From positions 104,972,151 through 105,036,150 of the forward strand of contig NC_090378.1 in the NCBI RefSeq assembly GCF_036365525.1: a stretch of 64,000 bases of DNA. The letters are read 5' to 3'. Both the position numbers and the translations under genes were made by a program. Below the pieces are notes generated by a model. That model made no database searches, was not told where the DNA came from, and worked only from the letters and a program-made list of their open reading frames with translations. Positions 37,001 to 49,659 of this stretch are shown piece by piece; position 1 is the stretch's first letter, and each line of letters begins with the position of its first letter. The stretch is from Heterodontus francisci (taxonomy: Eukaryota).

Positions 37001-38352
37001 CATTTGCGCCACACAAGTGCCAGGCAATGACCATCTCCAACAAGAGAGAATCTAACCATCTCCCCTTGACATTCAACGGCATTACCATCGCTGAATCCCC
37101 CATTATCAACATCCTAGGGACTACCATTGACCAGAAACTGAACTGGAGTAGCCATATAAATACCGTGGCTACAAGAGCAGGTCAGAGGGTAGGAATCCTA
37201 CGGCAAGTAACTCATCTCCTGACTCCCCAAAGCCTGTCCACCTTCTACAAGGCACAAGTCAGGAGTGTGATGGAATACTCTCCACTTGCCTGGATGGGTA
37301 CAGCTCCAACAACACTCAAGAAGCTCGACACCATCCAGGATAAAGCAGCCCGCTTGATTGGCACCCCATCCACAACCTTCAACATTCACTCCCTTAACCA
37401 CCAACGCACAGTGGTAGCAGTGTGTACATCTACAAGATGCACTGCAGCAATGCACCAAGGCTCCTTAAAAAGCAACCTTCCAAACCTGCGACCTCTACCA
37501 ACTAGAAGGACAAGGGCAGCAAATGCATGGGAACACCATCACCTGCAAGTTCCCCTCCAAGTCACACACCATCCTGACTTGGAACTATATTGCCGTTCCT
37601 TCACTGTCGCTGGGTCAAAATCCTGGAACGCTCTTCCTAACAGCACGGTGGATATACCTCCCCGAAATGGACTGCAGCGGTTCAAGAAGGCAGCTCACCA
37701 CCACCTTCTCAAGGGCAATTAGGGATGGGCAATAAATGCTGACATAGCCAGTGACGCCCACATCCCATGAATGAATAAAACAAAAATTCTGCAGTGAGTA
37801 ACTCACCTCCTGACTCCACTGTTCACCATCTACAAGGTACAAGTCAGGAACGTGATGGAATACTCTCCACTTGCCTGCATGGGTGCAACTCCAACAACAC
37901 TCAAGGAGCTCGACATCATCCAAGGCAAAGCAGCCCTCTTGATCAGCACCCCATCCACCACCTTCAACATTCACTCCCTTTACCACCAACGCACAGTGGT
38001 AGCAGTGTGTACCATATATAAGATGCACTGTAGCAACTCACCAAGTCTCCTTCGACACCACCTTCCAAACCTGCAACCTCTACCACCTAGAAGGACAAGG
38101 GCAGCAGATGCATGGGAACCGCCTGCAAGTTCCCCTCCAAGTCACACACCATCCTGACTTGGAACTATATCGCTGTTCCTTCACCGTCTCAGGGTCAAAA
38201 TCCTGGACCTCCTTTCCTAGCAGCACTTTGGGTGTACCTACCCCATATGGACTGCAGCGGTTCAAGAAGGCAGCTCACCACCACCTTCTCATGGGCAATT
38301 AGGAATGAACAAAAATGCTGGCAACGCCCACATCCCATGAACAAATAAAAAA
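34094..38352 (+). mobile_element. Truncated Zenon-like LINE (34094-34670 and 37790-38352) split by a longer copy of the same family
   Basis: AFEHVWHQG...RAGQRL| continues as |attctgcagtgagtaactcacc... through LMGN* and the tail. Confidence 0.88.
34668..37785 (+). mobile_element. Near full-length single-ORF CR1/Zenon-like LINE (APE endonuclease + RT), inactivated
   Basis: One frame (34939, 35422, 35638 and 37027 are in phase) with TNIWGL..LTES, YRPP, GDFN.HH, LDLVL, SDH, GPDNI, RPISLL, FADD, WNALP. In-frame stops at 35371, 35419, 35623, 36952. No ORF1; short 3'UTR. Confidence 0.93.
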
Positions 38353-38393
38353 ATGACCTTATTGAATCACAGAGCAGGCTACTCCTGCTCATA

Positions 38394-38745
38394 TTTAGTT
38401 TAGTTTAGAGATACAGCACTGAAACAGGCCCTTCGGCCCACCGAGTCTGTGCCGACCATCAACCACCCATTTATACTAATCCTACACTAATTCCATGTTC
38501 CTACCACATCCCCACCTGTCCCTATATTTCCCTACCACCTACCTATACTCGGGGCAATTTATAATGGACAATTTACCTATCAACCTGCAAGTCTTTGGCG
38601 TGTGGGAGGAAACCAGAGCACCTGGAGGAAACCCACGCAGACACAGGGAGAACTTGCAAACTCCACACAGGCAGCACCCGGAATTGAACCCAGGTCGCTG
38701 GAGCTGTGAGGCTGCGGTGCTAATCACTGCGCCACTGTGCCGCCC
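38394..38745 (-). mobile_element. V-SINE (HE1-like)
   Basis: Minus strand gggcggcacagtggcgcagtg...gggttcaattc head, V-domain tgtgtggagtttgcaagttctccctgtgtctgcgtgggtttcc, CR1-type tail with (ctaaa)n. Confidence 0.92.
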
Positions 38746-41700
38746 AGTGTTCTTATATGGTAAGCTAATGGACAGGCTTTCTCCACCATCCCCTCCCGTC
38801 AGATCTAAGGAGATCATTGGGCCAGCTCACTTCTACTGCAACAGGAAATCAGAGGATGTCTCACTCTGATGCCCAGCCAACCTGCCTTAAATGGGTGTGT
38901 CACTAGTGAATGCTTAAGAAACTGGACATGTAGATCAATGGAACAGCTAGTCAGCAGTGCTCTCAGTCAGGGCATGTTTTGTGGCATAGAAAATAACTCA
39001 GGGGTTAACAGGTCCTATGGAAACTCACCCTTTGAGACATTCACTTTCCCATCATGATATCTAATTGTACTCTGAAAGACCCTTGTGATTTTGGTCAACG
39101 ATTCAGAACATTTATCACTTTTCATTACGATATTTAGGTTGCGGAAATAATAAAAAATTGATTTATAGATACTAACCAACTCGAACTGGAACAGTAGTTA
39201 ATCATACATTTGGTGATGTAATTGTGATTCACAAAGATAAATAGAGGGCCAAGTAGCAGACATGCTGGGTTTTCATCCTGATGGTAGGACATCCTGAATA
39301 AGCTTCAATGTTCATAAACCAGACTGACTGACAAAGTTTTGACACCATAACAAGGCGCATGCTATGTGTTGAATGGGATCCAATCAGACTCGATTTCAAA
39401 TGCAAGGCAGACTTTTCTGATGAGTGGAGGAAGTTTAGCAAATGTTCCGTTTTCATTAAAGTGAATGTCAGTGTTGTACAATGGAATATCGTCCTACTTT
39501 AAGTATTCCCAGGTTAGAATTAAACTTTGCAGATAAGCTGTAGGATTTGTAAAGTTCTTCTGCACTGTCCACGCCTGGTACAGCACTACCCAAATACAGA
39601 ATAAAATGCCCCCATTCACTGCTCAACCTATCATTCCAAGGTCAGGTTCAGCGCATGTTAGATAAAGAGTAGGGTTCCCTCCTCATTGCGCAAATATGTT
39701 TTTGAAGGTCAGTCATGGAATGGGATAGATCCACAATAAAGCTCTCTGCACAGTCCCAAAGACATGCCTTACCCCAAACTCAGGACAGAACTCCAGCTGT
39801 TCCTGATGTGATATTTCCATTTCATGCTTTCTGAAATTACATTACCCAGAATTTTGTGCTAAGAGTTCACAAGCCTTAAAAACTGAGTTGAGACTCCCTC
39901 CCTCAAATCTATTTCATTTTGAATTCTTCCAATCATTATCCAGTAACTGAGTACGTGGCAGAACCACATGGTCATAAACCACTGCTGCGGGGGGTGGGGG
40001 GGGGTGACTGCTGGCCTGAGTATTACATGACCAAAAAATGACTATCTATTTCATGAGTGGGATAATACTCCCAGAGCCTGAAAAGTCTATTTATAAAAAC
40101 ACACTTACCAATCCTCCCCTGCCAGACAGGTAATTTGAAAGGAGTGATCATAACATTTACTTTAACCAGTTTAACATATCATTTTGCACAGCCATGAACA
40201 ATTTCAAATCCTTCAGTTGAACTTTCACTTCACATATTGTTCTGTGTTTGCACCAGTCTTACAGTACATGCTTGGTCATTAATTGGACAATGTTCAGCAT
40301 GTCTTCACAAGGAGACATCTTCATATGGTTTGATTGCATCCCTTCTTGAGAGCTTCCAGAAGGCCAGTGACTAGATACACAGTTGAGGGAGAACCAGCTG
40401 CTCAACAACGCATGGCATGCATGGATCAGATGGCACGCTGCCACCATTTCCTCTGCAGGACCTTCTCTAAAAGAACAACATTCAACCCGAAGTCTGCAAC
40501 ATACTAGGAGTAAGACACATAAGACATCAACACTGGTATCGCAGACCCTGCTGAAGAATGATAGGCACTTGCTTTATCAGGTAGCACATTGATATGGTCA
40601 ACTTGCATAATATTATGGAATTCAGTTGGGTACTACTGACATAGCAAATTGGCCCTCTGGTAATCCATTCATTACACTGGTACAGTGAAAATACAACTGG
40701 TGTCAGAAGATCTGGTATATGATGGACACGTACTAGACAATTAAAGTAAATATACTGCTGAATAATTTTAAATAATAAGCCCAGAAAACTTCACTTGTAC
40801 TCTGCAGGTTTCCTTTTGTCTTCTTCCATACTATACACTTATGTCCCATTTGACAAAGATGGCTGGTATGAGAGATGGAAGTCTCACACTGGTGCAGTAG
40901 GCGAAAGCAATCTCCTGCAGCTGGAGCTGAAGGGTACTTTTGGAGCAGAGTAGGCAGACCTTCACTCTCCAGTTAACTTTGCAATACCTAACCCAGGAGT
41001 GCTCTGTGCTGTCACCAGAGTGCCTGACATAGGATGCAATGCACCATTTCTCAGCACCAATGCCCCTCACACTTCGAGGACCCACATCTCACCAAAAGAA
41101 AAAAGACCCCCTACAGCTGCAGTAAGCATGGCACAGAGTGGCACTCTTGACAATGTAGATCTATGCTCGCAATCGATCTTAAAGCTAGGTTTAAAAAAAA
41201 TATAGTCTGCATGTGTCTTTTTAACCTAGCAAAACTCCAAGTTGTATAAACACACGGCAGACACATGTGGGCTGAAACAACACATTTTAATTATGGACTT
41301 TAGCAGGGAGAAACTTGGGTTCAGTTTCTGACAGGGATAGCTTCCTTGAGACCTCAGGACCAAGCCACAATTAGCATGAATCTACTCAGTTGCCATGCTT
41401 GCTGAAATGGCTAGTTCCTTTGGATTCCTGCCTGGGATGCCGTCTCCAAATGGCAATACTGCACGTGCATTTCGGTTCCAAACAGAAATCCAATAAAGCT
41501 TTAATTTTACAAACACAGGAAAGTGTCCTGCCCTAGGCATAATGAGTACACTGTGTTCCTTTGCAGTTGCCTTCCAGGAGTGTATCCTTAACACAAAGAA
41601 AAGGCAAAACCACACACAGTCTTCATGAACCTACTACAATTTGCCTACATGCTCAATTTTACCTTGATAATGTCAGGATGGTGTTCTGAGTGGCTGCCAT

Positions 41701-41849
41701 GACAGACATTATATTAACAATGTAAAGAATAAATTTAACCATCTAGTGCTCACTGCATACAGAAAGACAGAGTGCCTTACAAACAACTGGTTAGTGACTG
41801 GCCAAATAGAAGGCTGTTAAGTCGGCTTTATAACAACTACAACAATCAG

Positions 41850-44800
41850 TGTGATTCACAGCAACCACATCTGCAGTAAGCGTCCACAGCTCGAGGAGCT
41901 TCGGCTCAGAATGGATGAGCTGGAGGCCGAGCTATGGACACTGCGATGCATCAAGGAGGGGGAAGGTTACCCGGACATTTTGTTCCAGAAGGTAGTCACA
42001 CCCCATAGGATAGGGTCTTCTGATTTGGTCAGTGGTAAGGGACAGGAGAACGTGACTGCAAGTGAGGCAGGTAAGAGGATCGAGAAGGCAGAAGTGGAGC
42101 AGCCTCAGCATTTGCAATTGTCTAAAGGGTTGAGGTCGTTTCAGTTTGAATGGAAAAGAGTGGGGGCTGCAGGGTGGATGAGCAAACTGACCATGGCACC
42201 ATCGTACAGGAAGCCATTCAAGAGGGGGGAGTAAATAGGTATGTAGTGGTAGTCGGGGACAGTATAGATACCATTCTCTGCAGCCAAGAGCAAGAGTCCA
42301 GAAGGCTGTGTTGCCTGCCCGGTGCCAGGGTTCAGGACATCTGCTCAGGGTTGGATAGAAAATTGCAGTGGGAAGGGGAGGATCCAGTTGCCCTGGTCCA
42401 CGTGGGTACCAATGACATAGACAGGAGTAGGAAAAAGGTTCGGCATAGAAAGCATAAGCAGCTCGGGGCTGAATTAAAAAGCAGAACTTCAAAGGTAATA
42501 ATCGCTTGCTGATTACCTGAGCCACGAGCAAATTGAAGTAAGGTAAATAAGATTCGAGAGGTAAATGCGAGGCTCAAAGTTTGGTGTGGGAGAAATGGGT
42601 TTCGATTCATGGGGCACTGGCATCAGAACTGGGGACAGTGGGAGCTGTACTATTGGGACAGTCTTCACCTGAACTGTGCTGGGACCAATATTCTGGTGAG
42701 TTGTATAACTAAGGCAGTAGAGAGGGCTTTAAATTTAATAGTGGGGGCGAAGGATGAAGGGAGAGAAGATATGATAAATTAAAGAGAGAGGACAAGGCAA
42801 GGGAGCAAGGTAGTAATAAGGGAAATAATAATCAAAGCATGGCAAGGAACGGACAGAATATACAAAATTAAGAGTGTGCAAACGGCTAAGGCGAGAGGTT
42901 GTATAAATAGCAAAAAGACAGAACTAAAGGCTCTTTATTTGAATGCGCTTAACATTCGTAACAAAACAAATGAATTGATAGTTCAATTAGAAATAAATAT
43001 GTCTGATCTGATGGCCATTACAGAGACATGACTGCAAGATGACAAAGGCTGGGACCTGAATATTCAAGGGTACATGACATTTCAGAAGGATAGGAAACTA
43101 GGAAAAGGTGGAGGGGTAGCTCTGTTAATTAAGGATGGCATTAGTACAATAGAGAGAGGTGACCTTAGTTCTAAAAATCAAGATGTAGGATCAGTTTGGG
43201 TAGAGATAAGAAATAGTAAAGGTAGGAAGTCACTTGTGGGAATAGTTCATCAGCCCCCTAACAGCAACCACACTGTAGGACGGGGTATACAGGAAGAAAT
43301 AATGGAGCTTGTGAGAACGGTACGGTGATAATCATGGATGATTTTAATCTACAGATAGATTGGATGAATCAGATTGGCGAAGGTAGCCTGGAGGATGAGT
43401 TCATGGAGTGTTTTCGGAACAGTTTCTTAGAGCAGCACATTCTAGAGCCAATCAGAGAGCAGGCTACTCTACATCTGGTAATGTGAAATGAGACTGAATT
43501 AGTTAATGACCTCATAGTAAAGGCACCTCTAGGTAGCAGTGATCACAACATGACTGAATTTCGCCTTCAGTTTGACGATGTGAAGAGTGGATCTAAGACT
43601 AGCGTTTTGAACTTAAGGAAGGGTAATTATGAGGGTTTGAAGAGCTGGCTAAAGTAAACTGGGAAATTAGGTTAAGGGATAGGTCAGTAGAGATGCAGTG
43701 GTAGATATTTAAGGAGATATTGCATAACACTTAGCAAAGATACATTCCAGTGAGAAAGAAAGACTCTGGGGAAGGACACACCATCCTTGGTTAACTAAGG
43801 AAATTAAAGATCGTATCAAATTGTACAATTAAGCAAAGAGAAGTTGCAGGTCACAAGATTGGACAGAATATAAAAAACAGCAAAAAATGACTAGAAGAAT
43901 GAGAGAGAAATTAAAGTACAAGAGAAAGCTAGCTAAAAATATAAAAATGGGTAGTAAGAGCTTCTACAGGTATTTAAAAAGGTAAAAAAGAGTAAGTAAA
44001 GTAAGTAAAAACAAGAAATGCTGGAACCACTCAGCAGGTCTGGCAGCATCTGTGAAAAGAAAAGCAGAGTTAACGTTTCGGGTCAGTGACCCTTCTTCTG
44101 CTCCGAAACGTTAACTCTGCTTCACTTTTCACAGATGCTGCCAGACCTGCTGAGTGGTTCCAGCATTTCTTGTTTTTATTTCAGATTTCCAGCATCTGCA
44201 GTATTTTGCTTTTATATAAGTAAAGTAAGTGTTGGTCCTCTAGGGAGTGAGTCTGGGGAGTTAATAATGGAAAATAAGGAAATGGCAGAGGAATTGAACA
44301 GACCTTTTGCATCTGTCTTCACTGTAGTGGATACAAATAACATCCCAGAAATAATTGTGAATCAAGTGTTGAAAGGGAGGGAGGAACTTAAAACAATTAC
44401 CATCACCAGGGAAAAGTTACTGAGAAAATTATTAGAACTAAAAGCTGACAAGTCCCCAGGTCCTGATGGACTTCATCTTAGATTCTTAAAAGAAGTGGCT
44501 GCATTGGTTTTAATTTTCCAAAATTCTCTAGATTCTGGAAAGGTCCCATCAGATTGGAAAGTATCGAATGTAACTCTGCTGGTCAAGAAAGGAGGAAAAC
44601 AGAAAGCAGGAAACTACAGGCCAATTAGCTTAACATCTGTCATAGGGAAAATACTGGAATCTATTATTAAGGAGCTTATAGAAGGGCATTTAGAAAATCT
44701 CAATGCAATCAGGCAAAGTCAACATGTTCTGTGAAAGAGAAATCATGCTTGACTAATTCATTGGAGTTCTTTGAGGAAGTAACAAGCAACTTGGAAAAAG

Positions 44801-45997
44801 GGGAGCCTGTGGATGTGGTGTCCTTGCATTTCCAGAAGGCATTTGACAAGGTGCCACATCAAAGGTTACTAAACAAAATAAGAGCCCATGGTGTAGGGGG
44901 TAGCATATTAGCATGGACAGAGGATTGGTTATTTAACAGGAAACAAGAGTAGGCTTAAATGGGTTGTTTTCAGGTTGGCAAGCTGTAGCTAGTGGAGTGC
45001 CATAGGGCTCAGTGCTGGGGCCTCAACTATTTACAATCTGTATCAATGACTTGGAAGGGATAAAATGTATGGTTGATAAATTTGCTGATGACACAAAGAT
45101 AGGTTGGAGAGTAAGTTGTGAAGATGACATAAGGAGTCTGCACAGGGATATAGATAGGTTAAGTGAGTGGGTAAAAATTTGGCAGATGGAATATAATGTG
45201 GCAAAGTGTGAACTTGTTCACTTTGGCAGGAAAATAGAAAATAAACATATTATTTAAATGCAGAGGGATCTGGGTGTCCTCGCGCATGAAACACAAAAGG
45301 TTAGTATGCCAGGTACAGCAAGTGATTAAGAAGGCAAATGCAATGTTGCTGTTTATTGCAAGGGCAATGGGATATAAAAGTAGAGATGTTTTGCTACAGT
45401 TGCACAGGGCATTGGTGAGACCACATCTAGAGTACTGAGTACAGTTTTGGTCTCCTGACTTAAGAAAGGACATAATTGCATTGGAAGCAGTTCAGAGAAG
45501 GTTCACTTGAACGATTCCTTGGATGAGAGGCTTATCTTATGAGGAAAGATTGGACAGGTTGGGTTTGTATAAATTGGAGTTAAAAAGGATGAGAAGTGAT
45601 CTTATTGAAACATATAGGATCCTGAGCAGACTTGACAGGGTGCAAGTTGAAAGGATGTTTCCCCTTGTGGGAGAAACTAAAACTAGGGGATACAGTTTAA
45701 AAATAAGGGGTCTCCCATTTAAGACAGAAATGAGGAGAAATTGTTTCTCTTAGAAGGTCGTGAGTCTGTGAAACTCTCTTCCCCAGAGAGCAGTGAAGGC
45801 AGGGTTGTTGAATATTTTTAAGGCAGAGGTAGACAGATTCTTGACAAACAAGGCAGTCAAAGGGTAACGGGGGTAAGCAGAAAAGTGGAGTTGAGTCCAC
45901 ACACAGATCAGCTATGATCATATAGAATTGTGGAGCAGGCTCGAGGGGCTGAATGGCCTATTCCTGCTCCTAGTTCACATGTTTGTATGCTTGTATG
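41850..45997 (+). mobile_element. Near full-length CR1 LINE (ORF1 leucine zipper/SGNH esterase; ORF2 EN-RT), decayed
   Basis: LEELRLRMDELEAEL; VVVGDS..CLPGARVQD..HVGTND; GKGGGVAL; SPGPDG, YRPISLTS, AFDKVPH, FADD; 3' tail at ~45900-45997. Confidence 0.92.
44007..44216. mobile_element. Inverted (hairpin) Penelope-type pLTR insertion
   Basis: Arms ~44007-44081 and ~44103-44177 are near-perfect reverse complements; 14-bp TSD taagtaaagtaagt (43993-44006, 44217-44230); same family as 18674-18809. Confidence 0.85.
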
Positions 45998-46760
45998 CAA
46001 CGACTTGCATTTATATAGCATCTTTAAAGTGGTGAAAAACATCCAAAGATGATTCACAGAAGCATTATCAGACAAAATTTGACAGCAAGCCACTTGGTCA
46101 AAGAGGTTGGTTTTAAGGAGCATTTTTTGGAAGAAAGAAAAGTAGAGAGGTGGAAGGGTTTAGAGAGGTGATTCCAGATCTTAGGACCGTGGCAGCTGAA
46201 TGCACAGCTGTCATTGGTGGGGCAATGGAAATCAGGAATGCACAAGAGATCTGAATTGGAGGAGTGGCGAGATCTTGGAGGGTTGTAGGGTTGGAGGAAT
46301 TTACAGAGATAGGGAGGGATGAGCCCATGGAGTAATTTGCACACTAGAATGAGAATTGTAAAACTGAGGCATTGATGGACCGGGAGCCAATGTAGATCGG
46401 CAAGCACAGGGGTGATGGGTGGACATGACTTTTAGCAAGCGAGGTAAGTGGTATGATAAGACAGGGGTATCCAAGGGAAGATACAGTGGCTGAAGGAATG
46501 GCCACTGATGCTGCAGTGTAAAATGAAAACTCGGTGGGTGCCGGGAGGACCAGAGCTTGAGAAGATCGTGAGGATAGAGCCAGGGATGATGAGATAAGGA
46601 GGGATTTGAAGTTCAGGACAAGAATTTTCACATTGATTCTCTGGGATACAGGAAGCAGGGTGCAGCTTGATGAGGGCAAGGTTACGAGCACTTCAGGACT
46701 TAATGTGGGTGGGAACATGACCACAGCGTTCTGGGTGAGTTACAGTTTGTAGAGGGGGCA
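45998..46760 (-). mobile_element. L2 LINE 3' fragments
   Basis: ORF 46054-46407 LHWLPV...FTILIL..K.LHGL.PPYL...AFS..GPKIWN.L is an L2-type ORF2 C-terminus; tail acttgcatttatatagc. Confidence 0.8.
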
Positions 46761-48049
46761 AATAGGGTAACAGTCAAGGCAACTGTGACAAACTCCAGGC
46801 ACTCTTCTTGTGCACAAAGCTGGCAAAAACCTCCCAAGGTGTCCATAGGTGCTGACAACTGATGTCAGAGGCAGAAAATAAAGAACTCCTCTTTCTTTTC
46901 GACTCTCCAACAGTCCCAGGAAGCAAAAACAGCACACACCATTCCTAAAACGAAAGGCACCTTTACCTGGTCGCTCTCAGCTTGTGTGCTGCTGTCCAGT
47001 GACCGACTACCAAAACAAAAAGGTCGAGAGCGAGACACAAAATCTCACGCAGCAAAAATTTAAAACCTGCCCTTCTCTCTGGTTGCAGCTAGACTTTGCT
47101 TCAGAAATGACACTTTCCCCAAAAATCCAAATCACCAGAAGATCGTACAGTATCCTAGCAGAGTTTCGCGCCTCTCATCTCAACGTAAATCAAGCACCTT
47201 CACACCACAGTTTAACAACAATTTTTACATTGATGTGAAGCCAAAACCGTGTTGCCTTGACACATGGAAAGTATGAAATGTCCTCTTGTACAATCACACA
47301 CATACACAAATGCGCACCCCTGAAATACTCTGTTATACATATGAAATAAAAGGGGAGAAAAGCTGTCAGCCCCAATGATTACACTTTCCATTGGACAGTG
47401 CAACCTTGTCCTGGGTTAACACCTGGTGGAGACAATATAAACCTGTGCCAATTTTAGGCAAAAGCAGGGAATTCTTTCCTAGCTCTTGAAAACAATTAAG
47501 CAAATTCCAGAGTAGCTATGATGCATCACTTGGCCTGCTTAAATTAACCCTTTCCTCCTAGGCAGGACCAGAAATAACCATTGCCAACCATTAAGCCAGT
47601 CCCAAAGGTATCAGACCTTGCACCCACATTTACCTCCAATATCCTTCACTGTGCCAAAAATGTCTCCATCAGTCACTGAAAATTCTGTATTTTCTATCTC
47701 TCTACATAGGTTATTCTGTAGTTTAAAGCCTTTGCATGAAGTTATATCTTTGCTGTGTTTTTTACAATGTCAATTTGAACAACAGACAGCCTCTACATCC
47801 AAGATTAATACAGTGCTGGCCATCAGAATGGCCAAAATGGAATCAAACCTTGCTGTTATGACCTGGAATGGGGCCTGACCCCACAACATTCTGGATCAGA
47901 GGCAAGACTGTTAACAGTAAAGCAGGCTGAAATTATGGGATTGTTATTTAATATGCTTAAGTAGTGTTTTAAGACACATTCGTGACAGCCTTTCACATTG
48001 AGCTCTGCCAGTGTCTTGGCCAGCACTGATGCTGCAACTAACATCTCTA

Positions 48050-48215
48050 AAACAGGTAATTATTCAGCTGCTGTTTGTGGGAACTTGCTGAGTGTAAATT
48101 AGTTGCCGTGGTTTCCCTCGCATTGCAACAGTGCTTCAAAAGTGCTTAATTGGCTGTGAAGTGCTTTCTGATGTTGTGAAGATGTGAATGGCGCTATATA
48201 AATGCCTTCTTTCAG
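48050..48215 (+). mobile_element. DeuSINE 3' fragment
   Basis: gctgtttgtgggaacttgctg...aattggctgtgaagtgcttt...ggcgctatataaatgc. Confidence 0.75.
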
Positions 48216-49229
48216 TGGGGTTAAAGTCAATTAGATTGATCCCCAATAATCACTATCTTGCTATTTTACTGCACCTGGCAACTGACACTTTGCTGCAAAT
48301 TAAACTTGTCAGAATTTGTAATTGAGTGTAAATATTATCCAAATGTGACCTAATGCCTATTTTGTTATTTCCATTATAGCAGTTGGCATTAATATTAGCC
48401 TGGCTTAATGTCAGTTGTAAAATCTCCAATAATTCACGCTTTTCCTCTATGATTCATACATACATCTCGAGGAACAATGCCTCAAGAATGATCTGCGTGA
48501 AGCTTTTTTATTTTTACATTTAAATCTTGTTGTTTGATAACAAATACTTTTACATGTAAAAACTGGAGGAAGTATATTGAAACTAAACCCTTTATAAAAT
48601 GCCCATGGGAATAACATACAAACCATTAAAATAAAACTTTGAAATGTCAGGAGACACTGGTAGTTTAAGGCCACTTCATTCCTGTCCATTGTAAACCACC
48701 AATTTGCATCCCTCTCTTCAAACTGACAGCTGTCAGTCACTCAATGGAAAACTCACCCAATTGTGGTCCTTCCCAGCTCAAGCATTGCTGCATAAACATC
48801 AGCTGAGCAGGTCTCTGCAGCGAGAATATTCACAAGTGGGTCAGTAAGGGATTGTATAGAATGAGCTTCAGTCTGTGCGCAATGAGTCATTGCAGAGGGA
48901 CTTTTACCTGCATCAAAAACATGCCCCATTCTCCATCTCTCACCTTGGACAGTATAAATTCAGTCAACACGGACTGGGTCCTGCAGCAGACCTGCTGCCC
49001 AAAAGCTGCATGGAAGAAAAATCCAACCAGTGGGCCATTCCACACCACCATCTCCCCACCCCCCCACCCCTCCACCAACCCCCTCTTAACCTCCACCAAG
49101 TATAAACAAATGCCTCGTCAGCAATGATGGCAATCTGTTCTCAACTTCTATTTTAATTCACTGTAAACAAAGATAAATGACTCAAGAGTTGATTTAATCT
49201 CATCACTCAATGATCAATTAATGTCTTAC

Positions 49230-49398
49230 CTTTTCAGTGTGGTCATAGCAGTGAATAATACAGAGGCTGTCAAACTCAAAACCGTTGCTGCAGGTGTACA
49301 TTCCCTCAAAAACAGGAGGAGGGGGATCACATAGCACAGGGTCACAGCTACCTTCTTCCCAATGTCCACCTTCCAAGCACTGCAGTTTTAGGAACCTT
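49230..49398 (-). CDS. PAPPA2: Pappalysin-2 internal coding exon (169 nt, CCP/sushi region)
   Basis: Minus strand reads tttgtcaacag|A AGG TTC...GAA AAG|gtaagac. Translation [56 protein letters not shown] matches recalled human PAPPA2 [40 protein letters not shown]. Phase 2 to 0. Confidence 0.96.
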
Positions 49399-49659
49399 CT
49401 GTTGACAAAAATAGATTGTAAATTCTACAAAAATAAGGCTGAGAGCAAAACCTCCTACACTTGGTAAAATCAAGCGCTACCCCAAACAAAATACTGAATG
49501 ATGTTTTATATCCAACAGAATTGCTTGTTATCGCTCCACATATTCTACCCAATGAATTGTTCACCATCACTCACACTCTGTAACCCAATGGAACTGCTCA
49601 CCATCACTTATGCTCTAAGCCAATAGAATTACTTGGTTTAACACACACCAGCTCAATAG

